Assembly (NCBI RefSeq): GCF_963921235.1 | Contig: NC_086108.1 | Location: 50,408,001-50,472,000 of the forward strand | Source of the DNA: Mobula hypostoma | Lineage: Eukaryota | Direction: 5' to 3' | DNA length: 64,000 nt | Part shown: piece by piece, positions 25,059 through 38,510 of the stretch | Layout: every line of letters starts with the position of its first letter | Position numbering within the stretch: the first letter of the stretch is position 1 | Notes under the pieces: generated by a model | What the model was told of the DNA's origin: nothing | What the model saw: only the letters and a program-made list of their open reading frames with translations | The model's database searches: none | Program-made: the position numbers and the translations under genes

Positions 25059-28000
25059 AACATAGAACATAGAATAGTACAGCACAGTACAGGCCCTTCA
25101 GCCCACAATGTTGTGTTGACCCCTCAAACTCTGCCTCCCATATAAACCCCCACCTTAAATTCCTCCATATACCTGTCTAGTAGTCTCTTAAATTTCACCA
25201 GTGTATCTGCCTCTACCACTGACTCAGGCAGTGCATTCCACGTACCAACCACTCTCTGAGTAAAAAACCTTCCTCTAATATCCCCCTTGAACTTCCCACC
25301 CCTTACCTTAAAGCAATGTCCTCTTGTATTGAGCAGTGGTGCCCTGGGGAAGAGGTGCTGGCTATCCACTCTATCTATTCCTCTTATTATCTTGTACACC
25401 TCTATCATGTCTCCTCTCATCCTCCTTCTCTCCAAAGAGTAAAACCCTAGCTCCCTTAATCTCTGATCATAATGCATACGCTCTAAACCAGGCAGTATCC
25501 TGGTAAATCTCCTCTGTACCCTTTCCAATGCTTCCACATCCTTCCTATAGTGAGGAGACCAGAACTGGACAGAGTACTCCAAGTGTGGCCTAACCAGAGT
25601 TTTATAGAGCTGCATCATTACCTCTGGCTCTTAAACTCTATCCCTCAACTTTTGAAAGCTAACACCCCATAAGCTTTCTTAGCTACCCTATCTATCTGTA
25701 AGGCAACTTTCAGGGATCTGTGGACATGTACCCCCAGATCCCTCCGCTCCTCCACACTACCAAGTATCCTGCCATTTATTTTGTACTCTGCCTTGGAGTT
25801 TGTCCTTCCAAAGTGTACCACCTCACACTTCTCCGGGTTGAACTCCATCTGCCACTTCTCAGCCCACTTCTGCATCCTATCAATGTCTCTCTGCAATCTT
25901 CGACAATCTTCTACACTATGTACAACACCACCAACCTTTGTGTCGTCTGCAAATTTGCCAACCCACCCTTCAACCCCCACATCCAGGTCGTTCACGAATA
26001 GTAGAGGTCCCAGAACCGATCCTTGTGGGACACCACTAGTTGCAACCCTCCAATCTGAATGTACTCCCTCCACCACGACCCTCTGCCTTTTGCAGGCAAG
26101 CCAATTCTGAATCCACCTGGCCAAACTTCCCTGGATCCCATGCCTTCCGACTTTGTGAATAAGCCTACCGTGCGGAACCTTGTCGAATGCCTTTCTAAAA
26201 TCCATATAGATCACATCCACCGCACTACCCTCATCTATATGCTTGGTCACCTCCTCAAAGAATTCTATCAGGCTTGTTAGACACTTTCTGCCCTTCACAA
26301 AGCCATGCTGACTGTCCCTGATCAGACCATGATTCTCTAAATGCCCATAGATTCTATCTCTAAGGATTTTTTCCAGCAGCTTTCCCACCACAGACGTAAG
26401 GCTTACTGGTCTATAATTACCCGGACTATCCCTACTACCTTTTTTTGAACAAGGGGACAACATTCGCTTCCCACCAATCTTCCGGTACCATTCCCATGGA
26501 CAACGAGGACATAAAGATCCTAGCCAGAGGCTCTGCAATCTCTTTCCTCGCCTCGTGGAGCAGCCTGGGGAATATTCCGTCAGGCCCCGGGGACTTACCT
26601 GTCCTAATGTATTTTAACAACTCCAACACCTCCTCTCCCTTAATATCAACATGCTCCATAACATCAACCTCACTCATATTGTCCTCACCATCATCAAGTT
26701 CCCTCTCATTGGTGAATACCGAAGAGAAGTATTCATTTAGGACCTTGCTCACTTCCACAGCCTCCAGGCACATCTTCCCAGCTTTATCTCTAATCAGTCC
26801 TACCTTCACTCCTGTCATCCTTTTTTTCTTCACATAATTGAAGAATGCCTTGGGGTTTTCCTTTACCCTACTCACCAAGGTCTTCTCATGCCCCCTTCTT
26901 GCTCTTCTCAGCCCCTTCTTAAGCTCCTTTCGTGCTTCCCTATATTCCTCAATAGACCCATCTGATCCTTGCTTCCGAAACCTCATGTATGCTGCCTTCT
27001 TCCACCTGACCAGGTTTTCCACCTCACTTGTCACCCATGGTTCCTTCACCCTACCATTCTTTATCTTCCTCACCAGGACAAATTTATCCCTAACATCCTG
27101 CAAGAGATCTCTAAACATCGACCACATGTCCATAGTACATTTCCCTGCAAAAACATCATCCCAATTCACACCCGCAAGTTCTAGCCTTATGGCCTTATAA
27201 TTTGCCCTTCCCCAATTAAAAATTTTCCTGTCCTCTCTGATTCTATCCTTTTCCACGATAATGCTAAAGGCCAGGGAGTGGTGGTCACTATTCCCCAGAT
27301 TCTCACCCACTGAGAGATCTGTGACCTGACCCGGTTCATTACCTAGTACTACATCTAGTTTGGCATTCCCCCAGTCGGCCTGTCAACATATTGTGACAGG
27401 AATCCGTCCTGGACACACTTAACAAACTCTGCCCCGTCTAAACCCTTGGAACTAATCAGGCGCCAATCAATATTAGGGAAGTTAAAGTCACCCATGATAA
27501 CAACCCTGTTATTTTTGTACCTTTCCAAAATCTGCCTCCCAATCTGCTCCTCTATATCTCTGCTGCTACCAGGGGGCCAATAGAATACCCCCAATAGAGT
27601 AACTGCTCCCCTCCTGTTCCTGACTTCCACCCATACTGACTCAAAAGAGGATCCTGCTACATTACCCACCCTTTCTGTAGCTGTAATAGTATCCCTAACC
27701 AGTAACGCCACCCCTCCTGCCCAGCCCCCCCACACTCTCTATCCCTTTTAAAGCACTGAAATCCAGGAATATTGAGAATCCACTCCTGCCCTGGTGCCAG
27801 CCAAGTCTCTGTAATGGCCACTACATCATAATTCCATGTATGTATCCAAGCTCTCAGTTCATCACCTTTGTTCCTGATGCTTCTTGCATTGAGGTACACG
27901 CACTTTAGCCCTTCTACCTTGCTACCTTTACACCCTTTATTCTGCCTCTCTTTCCTCAAAGCCTCTCTATATGTTAGATCTGGCTTTACTCCATGCATTT

Positions 28001-28415
28001 CTTTTACTGCTCTATTGCTCCGGGTCCCATCCCCCTCACAAATTAGTTTAAACCCTCCCAAACCATGCTAGCAAGTCTACCTGCAAGGATATTGCTCCCC
28101 CTCGAGTTCAGGTGCAACCCATCCAATCAGTACAGGTCCCACCTTCCCCAGAAGAGATCCCAATGATCCAAAAATCTAAAACCCTGCTCCCTCCACCAAC
28201 TCCTCAGCCACACATTCAACTGCCATCTCCTCCAATTCTTACCATCATTATCACGTAGCACTGGCAGCAATCCTGAGAACACCACCTTTGAGGTCCTGTT
28301 CTTCAGCCTTCTGCCTATTTCCCAAAACTCACACTTCAGGACCTCATCCCTCTTCCTGCCTATGTCATTGGTGCAACATGTATCATGACTTCTGGTTGCT
28401 TTCCCTCTTGTACCA
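25059..28415 (-). mobile_element. Relatively young near-full-length CR1 (SGNH-esterase ORF1 remnant plus APE/RT ORF2 with a few frameshifts)
   Basis: ORF1 TNDIGRK..VVFSGLLPV..FRFLDHWDLFW. ORF2 YLNARSIRNK, ITETW, MGDFN, SDH, DFRKAFDKVPH, GVPQGSVLGP, KFADDTK. (CATAGAA)n tail. Confidence 0.95.
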
Positions 28416-28419
28416 GGAC

Positions 28420-28548
28420 ATTGAGGGAGAGGTTGTTTTTTTGACACCACTCTGTCAGGGTGATGACTTCCTCTCTGTAGGCTGCCTCATTATTATTTGA
28501 GATTAGGCCAATCAGTGTAGTGTCGTCAGCAAATTTAATCAGCAGCTT
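28420..28548 (-). mobile_element. Rex1-like fragment; its 3' tail lies at ~24280-24448, bracketing the two CR1s
   Basis: Reverse-complement similarity to 54150-54270 (KFADDTTLIGLISNN). 24380-24430 resembles the ...FHQAIRLINS 3' end. Confidence 0.65.
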
Positions 28549-28599
28549 TGATGAGAATATCCTTCCCCAATATCTCTAACTCTATTAGCTCCTTTAAAG

Positions 28600-29200
28600 C
28601 CATAAGACTACATGACGTAGGAGTAGAATTAGGCTCTTTGGCCCATCGAGACTGCTCCACCATTTCATCATGGCTGATCTGATTTTCCTCTCAGCCCCAA
28701 TCTCCTGCCTTCTTCCTGTATCCCTTCATGCCCTGGCCAATCAAGAATCTATCAACCTCTGCCTTAAATATACATAAAGATGGCCTCCACAGCTGCCTGT
28801 GGCGAAGAATTCCACAGATTCACCATTTTCTGGCTAAAGAAATTCCTCCTCATCTCCATCCTAAAAGGATGCCCCTCTATTCTGAGGCTGTGTCTTCTGG
28901 TCTTAGGATCTCCCACCACAGGAAACATCCTCTCCATATCCACTCTACCAAAGCCTTCCACCATTCGATAGGTTTGAATTAGGTCACCCCTCATTCTTCT
29001 GAATTCCAGTGAATACAGGCCCAGAGCCATCAAGCGCTCTTCATTTGGCAAGCCATTCAACTCTGGAATCATTTTCTTGAACCTCCTTTGAACCCTCTCC
29101 AACTTCAGCACATCCTTTCTAAGATATGGGGCCCAAAACTGCTCACAATATTCCAGGTGAGGTCTCACCAGTGTTTCATAAAGTCTCAATATTACATCTT
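28600..29200 (-). mobile_element. 5'-truncated CR1 3' fragment
   Basis: ORF 28764..29213: LYETLVRPHLEYCEQFWAPYLRKD...VNLWNS. Confidence 0.9.
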
Positions 29201-30140
29201 TGGAAGACCACAATCTGTTCGGATTGGTGATAACATATCCTCCTCACTAACGATCAACTCTGGCGCACCTCAGGGGTGTGTGCTTAGACCACTGCTCTAC
29301 TCTCTATATACCCATGACTGTGTGGCTAGGCATAGCTCAAATACCATCTATAAATTTGCTGATGATACAACCATCGTTGGTAGAATCTCAGGTGGTGACG
29401 AGAGGGCGTACAGAAGTGAGGTATGCCAACTAGTGGAGTGGTGCCTCAGCAGCAACTTGGAACTCAACATCAGTAAGATGAAAGAGCTGATTGTGGACTT
29501 CAGGAAGGGTAAGATGAAGGAACACATACTGATCCTCATAGAGGGATCAGAAGTGGAGAGAGTGAGCAGCTTCAAGTTCCTGGGTATCAAGATCTCCGAG
29601 GATCTGACCTGGTCCCAACATAGTGATGTAGTTATAAAGAAGACAAGACAGTGACTATACTTTATTAGGAGTTTGAAGAGATTTGGCATGTCAACAAATA
29701 TACTCAACAACTTCTATAGTTGTGCCATGGAGAGCATTCTGATAGACTGCATCACCGTCTGGTATGGAGGGGCTACTGCACAGGACCGAAGAAGCTGCAG
29801 AAGTTTGTAAATCTGGTCAGCTCCATCTTGGGTACTAGCCTACAAAGTACCCAGGACATCTTCAGGGAGCGGTGTCTCAGAAAGGCAGCGTCCATTATTA
29901 AGGACCTCCAGCACCCTGGGCATGCCCTTTTCTCAATGTTACCATCAGGTAGGAGGTACAGAAGCCTGAAGGCACACACTCAGCGATTCAGGAACAGCTT
30001 CTTCCCCTCTACCATCCGATTCCTAAATGGACATTGAACTTTTGGACACTATCTCACTTTTAAAAAAAAATACAGTATTTCTGTTTTTGCATGTTTTTAA
30101 AAATCTATTCAATATACATAATTGATTTACTTATTTATTA
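29201..30140 (+). mobile_element. 5'-truncated Rex1/Babar-like LINE (same subfamily as LINE A)
   Basis: Peptides GRPQSVRIG, GAPQGCVL, YKFADDTT, KELIVDFRK. Near-identical to 7540-7700. Confidence 0.9.
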
Positions 30141-30547
30141 TTTTGATATTGTGATGTGCATATGATAAATAAAGCTAATATTTAAAATGCTCCTTAAAGC
30201 AGTTAAGTCATCCCTGTTGGATGATATACTCGTACGTGCTGCTTAGGGTGCACATTTTGTTTGTTATCGTGCTTGTGAAGTGCCATGAAGCATTTATTAT
30301 CGTTCCTATGAAGTGCCTTGATGCACTTTAAAGTTTACATAGATGGAAGTTGTTGTTCAGTATTACCTCCTCAAACATTGCTCCCTACTGTCTCTCCACA
30401 CACCTCACTAACAGCCAGTCCACCGCATGTAATGATCGTGCATATGTGAAGCAGGCACATATAAAATTCAGAGTGAAAAGTCTAGTGCTTGGCTTAGATA
30501 AGCCTTTTCCTCTAAAATCCGCAGAGGCTCTGCATTTAAATTCTTAC

Positions 30548-30616
30548 CTTTTGATCGTGATTCATCGTCACTGTCTGAACTGTCGTTTCCAATTAAATGT
30601 TTGGTCTGAATTTGGG
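30548..30616 (-). CDS. PLA2G4A: cPLA2-alpha exon (69 bp; AQIQTKHLIGNDSSDSDDESRSK)
   Basis: Lies within ORF 30468..30650. NDSSDSDDES matches human. Acceptor tacag, donor gtaaga. Confidence 0.95.
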
Positions 30617-32410
30617 CTGTAATATAAATGAAAAGAAATAAATCACCCAAGCATTACATTAGTGTTTGAAATCAGTTACTGAATTGTTTTATGTTAAGTG
30701 TCTGATTTCCATTTTCCATGAGATAAATAGCTCCAGGGTTTCAGAACGTCAAAGGGTGAATTATCCAGATGATCTTAGTTCCTATATGGAGGGTGACCCC
30801 ATACTCATCACACTTCTTCATATTGTTTCCAAATCCATTTCAGAAGCTTTACCTCCATTACTTAAATAGAAGTCTGAGTCAAAAGGTAATCACTTTGTAA
30901 ACAGACTTTGGGTATCTGTAAAAGAGTTACCCCTCATAAGTCTTGTGTCAAATCTTTTCTTGCAGTACTCTCTGTATTTTTATTTACAAATACTAAATGT
31001 ATTCTATCATATTGTTAGTTTTCTTGTATTAATGTGAAACTGATATCACCACACAAGGAATAACAACACTCAATAGGAAAGGATTATGACACGTCGATTT
31101 TGATTTTATTCCTTCCTAGTGTATAGGTACTGAGATAGCCATGGCATTACTCTGTGACTGACTTAGTCAAGATCAACTGATACTGTGCCAAAAATATGAA
31201 ATCTGGAATTTATGATTGTCAGTCTTATTAAAAATATAACAGATCAAAGTTTTACAGGTTTGGTTATTCCTATCAACTATTTTCATTATATAAACCCCTC
31301 AACTTTCTTTCATGAACTTGTCACATCCCATCCTCCACAGTTACAATACTAAAACTGGTACACAGGTGTAATCACAATTTGACAATTTTACGAAGACAAT
31401 TCTAGTTAAAATATGAAATATGTTAAGTACGGAATTGTACAATTTTGTATGACTTTAAAATGAGAAGAAAATTATAATTGAGTGAATGGCCCAATATTCC
31501 CCCACTCAGTCCAATTGGTACATATTTACCAAGCTGGAAAAGGACAGTTATATGGTACTACAATAATTATCATCAGCGATAGGTGGCTAAAGAGAGCAAC
31601 AGCATTGTGCCGTAGAGCCAGGAAAGAAGGAAGGATCAGCCAGAATCAGCTTGTGGATGTATTTTAGTGATCACAATGCAGCAAAACTGATTTCACCTCA
31701 GCTGATCTCTAGGGGTCTGCACTGAGTAGAAATTGATATGTTGCAATGTAGTTGCAACTTCTGTTGCAATTTCTATTTTGTTATATATTTTAATTAGCAA
31801 GATAGATTTAAACTTTTCACTTTTATAAATATGAAGTGATGCTTAGATCAAAAACCTAAGCTGCCATCAAGCGTCCAGCATTCAAAAGGGCTGTAAAAAA
31901 AAATCACTTCAAATCTTGCTTTCAGCCACATAAAAATGACGTTACTATTTCTTGCATTTAAAATAAGGAAACCATTCTTGGTTTGTTACTTGGTTGAGAT
32001 GGAAACAGAAAATGAACTGTTAATAAACTCCAGCGGTTGTGTCTTCATAACGTAGCAATAAATATTAGTAACTGTTTGGGTGCAATTAAAACAAAACATT
32101 TTCCATGCAAGTGGAACTCGGAAATGATTTGGACGATCAATCCCCTCCCAAACCACTGATCTAAAGGAAGCCCCTACCCCCCACAGTGCATGTTTACTCA
32201 TACACATTTGGAAAGTATCAGGAAAGAGTCACTAATAGAATCACTCAAATAGTAGCTGGGAGCGTCAGAGCTCGAGTTCATGTCTGGCAGTGTTTATCCC
32301 TGGAGTAGAGCAGTGTGAGGACAGCTCTTTGTTTTTTTTTCCTTTATGCTTTTACTCTCAGTTTGAATCATACTCGCTAACTGGTGGAAAACATGACTAG
32401 AAGACCAGCA

Positions 32411-33019
32411 AACACGAGGAAATCTGCAGATGCTGGAATTTCAAGCAGAATCTCCCAGTGGCCACACATTTTAATTCCACGTCCCATTCCCATTCTGATA
32501 TGTTCTATCCACGGCCTCCTCTACTGTAAAGATGAAGCTACACTCAGGTTGGAGGAACAACACCTTATATTCCGTCTGGGTAGCCTCCAACTTGATGGCA
32601 TGAACATTGACTTCTCTAACTTCCATTAATGCCCCTACTCCCCCTCGTACCCCATCCATTATTTATTTATTATTATTTTATTTACATATATTCTTTTTCT
32701 CTCTCTCTCCTTTTTCTCCCTCTGTCCCTCTCACTATACCCCTTGCCCATTCTCTGGGTTTCCCCCCCCGCCCTCCTTTCCTTCTCCCTAGGCCTCCTGT
32801 CCCATGATCCTCTCATATCCCCTTTGCCAATCACCTGTCCAGCTCTTGGCTCCATCCCTCCCCCTCCTGTCTTCTCCTATCATTTTGGATCCCCCCCTCC
32901 CCCTCCCACTTTCAAATCCCTTACTAGCTCTTTCTTCAGTTAGTCCTGAGGAAGGGTCTCGGCCCGAAACATCGACTGTACCTGTTCCTAGAGATGCTGC
33001 CTGGCCTGCTGCATGTGTT
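32411..33019 (+). mobile_element. Short PLE-derived insertion with an inverted 37-nt terminal piece and a hammerhead motif
   Basis: Perfect 15-bp TSD ACTAGAAGACCAGCA (32396-32410 and 33020-33034). GIY-YIG C-terminal remnant (..EATLRLEEQHLIFRLGSLQ..). Confidence 0.9.
32941..32978 (+). ncRNA. Minimal type-I hammerhead ribozyme motif (core intact, AUC triplet)
   Basis: TAGTC-CTGAGGA-A-GGGT(CTCG)GCCC-GAAAC-ATC-GACTG. Confidence 0.7.
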
Positions 33020-33949
33020 ACTAGAAGACCAGCACTGGGGGGTGGTCAGTAAGCTGGAGTGATCAAGAGAATCAAATACAAATTGCATGTGCCTACAACT
33101 GACGGGACTCTACTGATCATTATTACATGTCACAAGGAAATATTTCTAGAAGTGGGTGCATGGCTTGCAAAACCTGGGTCAAAATTCTTTCTGGTTTATC
33201 AATTGTTCATCACTTCTGGAAAAAAAAACATAAATGAAAGCGAATTCTTCAGAAAGGTGCTGTAACACATTAAAGAGAAGGATTGTACGAACTTCTGTGA
33301 TTTGTATACAGAGGTTTACACTATTGTACACAAAGTGTAAGTGGGGTGCATCTTCTTCTGCAGCCATTTGACATTTTCTTTCAGCTCTGACTTCAGCATT
33401 GTCAACGGCAACGCTGGGATTTCAAATCTAGACTGCCAATACAAAACATATTATGACAAAGGCAAAGAAAACCATTTCTGACTTTGTTGATTAGACATTC
33501 CAAAGACCATAAATGTCATAATGCTACCACTGGGAAACCAAACAATACAGTGTTATCAAGGACTGCATCCTCAGGTCCTGACTCGGATCTGGGCCGTACC
33601 CTCCAAATATCCGGACCTGCCTCTCGTTTTTTTTTTGCACTACCTTACTTCCCATTTTTCTGTTTATGATTTATAATCTAAATTTTTAATGTCTACTAAT
33701 TTTAACTATTTTTAATATTTAATATTTGTAATCCAGGGAGTGTGAAGCACAGAATCAAATATCGCTGTGATGATTGTGCGTTCTAGTACCAATTGTTTGG
33801 CGATAATAAAGTATAAAGTCTCAGTTCGCAGTGTGCAGTGCATAAAACATCTCACTTTGAGATCTTCAAAACTGGAGGGGTGATTCAATCACATAAATGA
33901 ATAGGAATTGGCTCATGTCACAAGTCATGATAACACAATCTAAGCTTAA

Positions 33950-34375
33950 GTGTAACTCAATAGTGGAGGCAGTGCTCACAGTGCCGGTGACCCGAATTTA
34001 GTCTTGACTTCAGTTGCTGCCTGGGTAACACTTGCACATTCGCCCTGTGCTTCCTCCCACATTCCAAACACGTGTGTTATTAAATTCATTTGCCACTGTC
34101 AATTGAACCTAATGTGTATGTGATTGGCAGAAGCCGGGGTAGGGCAGGGGTGATTGATAAGAACGTGAAGTTGGTTATACAGAACAAGCTGCCAGAGGAA
34201 GTGGTAGAGGCAGGTACAATTACAACGTGCAAAAGAAATTTGGACCAACTCATGAATATGAAATGTTTCATGGCACAGGGGCCAACTGCAGGCAAATTGG
34301 AATAGCGCAGGGAGACACCTTGATTGGCATGGTCCACTTGGGGTGAGGTCTTGCTTCCATACCGTATCTCTATGT
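33950..34375 (+). mobile_element. Decayed V-SINE/HE1-like SINE with a CR1-type 3' tail
   Basis: Eroded tRNA head, ttgcacattcgccctgtg..ttcctcccacattccaaa V-domain-like motif, then a WNKLPEEVVEAGTI-like CR1 tail. Confidence 0.5.
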
Positions 34376-34934
34376 GACTAATTAATTGCTATTGAAGCTA
34401 GCTTTACTTACACAGGAGTTACAGGCAGAGTTGGTAAGCATACACAAAACAGGACAAGGCCATTCATACCCTCACACCCGCTCTGCTATCCAATATCATA
34501 CTGGCTGATTTTTCATCTCCACCACATTCCTGAACTAAATGATATCCAAAGGTGTCTCTCTTGAACATATTCAAAGACTCAAAAATGATCTGTTTGTCAC
34601 ATAGAGCAATTAGGTACATCGCACTTGGTTAGAAGACTTCAAAGATTTACCAGCCAGTGGATGAAGAAATTTCTTTGCTTCTGCCCTGAATGACTGAATC
34701 CCTGTTTTCAGACAGTAGCAGCTAGTTCTGTACACCCCAACTGCGGGAAATGAACATTCCATATCTATGCTGGCAAGCCCCAATGCTTGTTTTCAAATAT
34801 TTTCTGGAGAGACCAAAATCTCCTTTCATTCCATATAAACTTCCTGCATTTTAGCAAAAAAAAATCCTAAGTTTTTTTTCATGAATAGGGTAAAGGTCAT
34901 ACCATTAATAAAACTTAACTTAGAATTGTAAAAG

Positions 34935-35180
34935 CTCCACCATGGACAGTCCCACACCCGACTGCAAAAGGAGAAGGTTTGAGCATGGGGCTAGTAACCC
35001 CATCCTGTAAAATCCCAGAGCTACAGAGACACTAACAGAAGCCCCTGGGAGGGGAAGGATTTTCCAAGATGGGCTAAACCTGGGGACAACTTAAAAGGTT
35101 GGCCCAGGACAAAGGACTCTCCTGAGTTGCTGTTGATAGCCTTTACCCCAGTAAGGACAATGGGCTTGAGTAAGCAAGCA
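34935..35180 (+). mobile_element. Short internally deleted RTE-derived element (5'UTR-like part joined to a 3' end)
   Basis: ggggctagtaaccccatcctgtaaaa 5'UTR-like motif joined to a ggcccaggaca...gcctttaccccagt...gagtaagcaagca 3'-end-like tail. Confidence 0.45.
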
Positions 35181-36277
35181 GAATTGGAAAGAAAATGGTG
35201 ACAATCCTGTTTGATCAAAGGAGACTACTCACCAGCAGGTCTGGAGACTGGACCAATTAGTATTTAAATTGGGCAATGCCTAATTTGCTTAGCTAGGCAA
35301 CACTGAGGGGAAAGAAATTGATGTAAGTCAAATTTAGAGCTCCCAGCCAATGCTGTTTCTTTGTGAATAACTATTCTGTATGTTAGTCGAAGCTGCAGGC
35401 CTGTAGTAAACAACCTCCACCAATTTGAGGCTAACAGTCTGACTTACAGGGCGTATAGGACCCTTGCACTGACACAGTGCAGATAGAGCTTTGTGTAAAC
35501 CCCCAGCAGACAGGAGAGTTGCTGCATTTGTAAACACCAGTATTTGATCTGGAAGTTCTGAATACTAGGGACAGCTAAAAAATGTTACGGCTTGCAAAAC
35601 GAACTGGTGACATGTTTCCTCAATTGAAATGTATCAAGAGGTAGTTGACATGACCAGAATTCCAACTAAATACAGAAGGAAGTAGCCTGAAGGCAACCTT
35701 ATGTATACCAGTGGTAGACAACAAAATGGCATATTCTTAGTCAAAAAATTAAACCCATATGAAACGCATTTATTGCGGCAGTGGAAGGTGGCAAAATGAG
35801 CAAATAAAACAGAAACCACTGAGTTTTTCCTCTCTCTAGACAGTAGAGAAGCTGATTCAGGCTTTATTTAACTTAAGCAAGTCATTTACGTTCAAATTGA
35901 CCAAGCATCCTGTTTAAACTAGATTGCTTCTCATGATTAGACTACAAAAATAAAATTCTTTTGAGATGCTCATACTTACCCAGATCTTATCTGTTTCATA
36001 TGCATAAAAATTCCATTAGTGAACTATTGATGTTAATCAGTAAGACAGAATCGGCTGTCTTCCCTCCACCACTCTCATTTCATGCCTTCATTATATCCAT
36101 ATAATTTCAAGTCTTCTTAAAAAGACTGGAAATCTTCTATTTTACATGTATTTTGTGAATAAAGTGAAGAGAATTACAAATCCATTTCTTTGCAATGAAT
36201 TCGTCCTATTTTAGCCTCGAGGTGGATTCTACAAGACTTGTACAAATCCTTGTACAAGTGTTGCTACCACAGAGTTA

Positions 36278-36775
36278 CACAGATAAAATACTGGAGGAAG
36301 TCAGCAAGTCAGGCAACATCTCTAAACAGTCAACATTTTGGGGCAAGATCCTTCTTCAGGACTGGAAAAGGAGGAGGAGGAAGCCTGAATAAGGAGGTGG
36401 GGCAGGGGAAGGAATATAAACTAGTAGGTGATAGGTGACACCAGATGAGATGGAAGGTGGGCAGGTGATAAGTGGAAAGGGTAACGGGCTAAGGAAGATG
36501 TCTGTGAGGAGAAGAGAGCGGACCTTGTGAGAAAAGGAAGGAGGAGGGGCACTAGAGGGAGGTGATGGGTAGACGAGAAGGAGTAAGAGGGAGTCAGAAT
36601 GGGGAATAGAAAAAGAGAGAGACAGGGCTGGGCAGAGAAATTCCTGAAAGTTAAAGAAATCGATACTCATGCCATCAGGTTGGAGGCTACCCAGAGGGAA
36701 TATGAGGTGTTGCAACTTCAACCTGAGAATGGCCACGTCATGACAGTACAGGAGGGCAAGGACCGATGTATCGAT
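36278..36775 (-). mobile_element. PLE 3' module with a decayed hammerhead motif (36327-36364)
   Basis: Peptide LRLKLQHLIFPLGSLQPDGMSIDF. CAGTC-CTGAAGA...AAAATGTT-GACTG. Confidence 0.82.
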
Positions 36776-37874
36776 TTGCATCCCTTTGTTGTTTCCACCG
36801 CACCCTCAGCCGTGAAGCCACTTGTAAATTCACTTTGAAAATTTGCCAGCTCCTCTATTTTCAATGAGGTAAAATAACTTTCATACTGGAAAGGCTTAAA
36901 TTATAATATTGAAGTGAAGTTTATAACCTTATCACCATGAATGTTTAACAATACCAAATATCCTTCTATAAACCACCATTTTACACACAGCATGCACACT
37001 TTACTTAAAGGGGAAACAGAAGCTCTAAGCTGGATACGAGATAAGTGAGGCAAACACTCCCCTCCCCGACTTCGACACATATCAGCTGGATGCTGGCCTA
37101 ATACAGACAAGCTGCAGTGGTCAGCTGCTGACAGGAAAGGCGCTTCTGGCAGCAGATGGCTGCTGCCTGCCAAAGAAACTTCTGACACTTCCAAACTGCA
37201 TCATCAGCTGAATATTCTGCAGGATCCCATGAAAGGCAAAGTGGGAGCATGAAGTCTTTCTGTGGACTTTAGAGGAAGAGAATCTGCAAATACTAGTTTC
37301 CCTGTCCTGGTCAGGTTACACCGAAGCACAACGCAATACTGCTCTGGGAGATGCTGCATGGGTATTTTCAGCATTTTTCCATCTTTATTTCACAGTTCCC
37401 ACACTTGCAGTTTTGCCTTTTTATACTGCCACCAATCTGATGGAAAGCAGTTTCACACAGATGCTGCCTACCAAATCAATGTTTCCAACATTTTCTGTCT
37501 ATAATTCAGCCTTCTGAGAGCTAAGGGCTTACAGACTGTGTAAGAAACTCTGGGAATCAACTTCTGTAAGTTTCTCTAATTGTCCTAAATTCCACAGAAA
37601 CACCAGATTAATCTAATGAGTATGTAATAAAAATCAGCAAGGAACAGCCACCCAAAAGCGAGACAGGTAAAACTGGGGATCAGCCAGAAGTGTTGCCAAC
37701 ATACATAATCCCCTCCTCAAGAAAATGATGACCAAGGTAAATGACCTTCAAAATAGCAGTAAAAGAACACAATATTAATCGCAGCATGCTGTGTTTCTTT
37801 TTCCACATCATTTGAAGTGAAAGTGAATTAAGCCAGTGTCCAAAGAGATTAGTCAAATAATACTGGAAAATCAT

Positions 37875-38510
37875 GCAACTAGATGCTGGAAATCTGAATT
37901 GAAAAGAAAAACTGCTGATCACTCAGTAGGTCAGGTGGAAAAAGCGAGCTCATTGGAATGGGATTGGGATTAGGATTGGGATGCTACCAGGAAACCCTGC
38001 CTTTTGTGGCAGATGGAACAAAGATGCTCGACAAAGCAGTCCTCTCCCTGTGCCCCCCCCGCACAATTTATGTCATGCTTCACCAATGTAGAGGAGGCCA
38101 CACATGGAGCACCAGATACAATAGATGGCTGCACAGACTTACAGGGCCTAAATCGTGATGAGGGAGAAGGTGTCAGGGGAGGTGTAGCCCTTGGTACACT
38201 TGAAGGGATAAATGCCAGAAGGGAAATCAGTGGGGAGGGTCAAGTGAATAAGGAGGCGACACTACACCTGTGATTGCATGAACATCAATTGCTCTAACTT
38301 CCGGTAATTTCTCCTCCCATATCCCTTTCTTTCTTTTTCCATTCCCTGTTCTGGTTCCCCTCTCACCCTTTCGCATCTCCTCACCTGCCCATCTCCTCCT
38401 TTCCCTTCTTGCATGGTCTACTGTCCTGTCCTATCAGATTGTTTTTTCTTCAGCCCTTTATCTCTTGCACCACAGATGCTGCTTGAGCTGTTCGAAATTT
38501 CTAACTCTTC
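37875..38510. mobile_element. Decayed PLE fragments in inverted arrangement
   Basis: 37880-38260 resembles the minus-strand PLE end and GIY-YIG region; 38275-38510 resembles the plus-strand terminal repeat. Confidence 0.6.

Noticed and set aside
25124..27735. Long ORFs (126-297 aa) as host genes
   Set aside because: They are frameshifted pieces of CR1 ORF2 (APE/RT).
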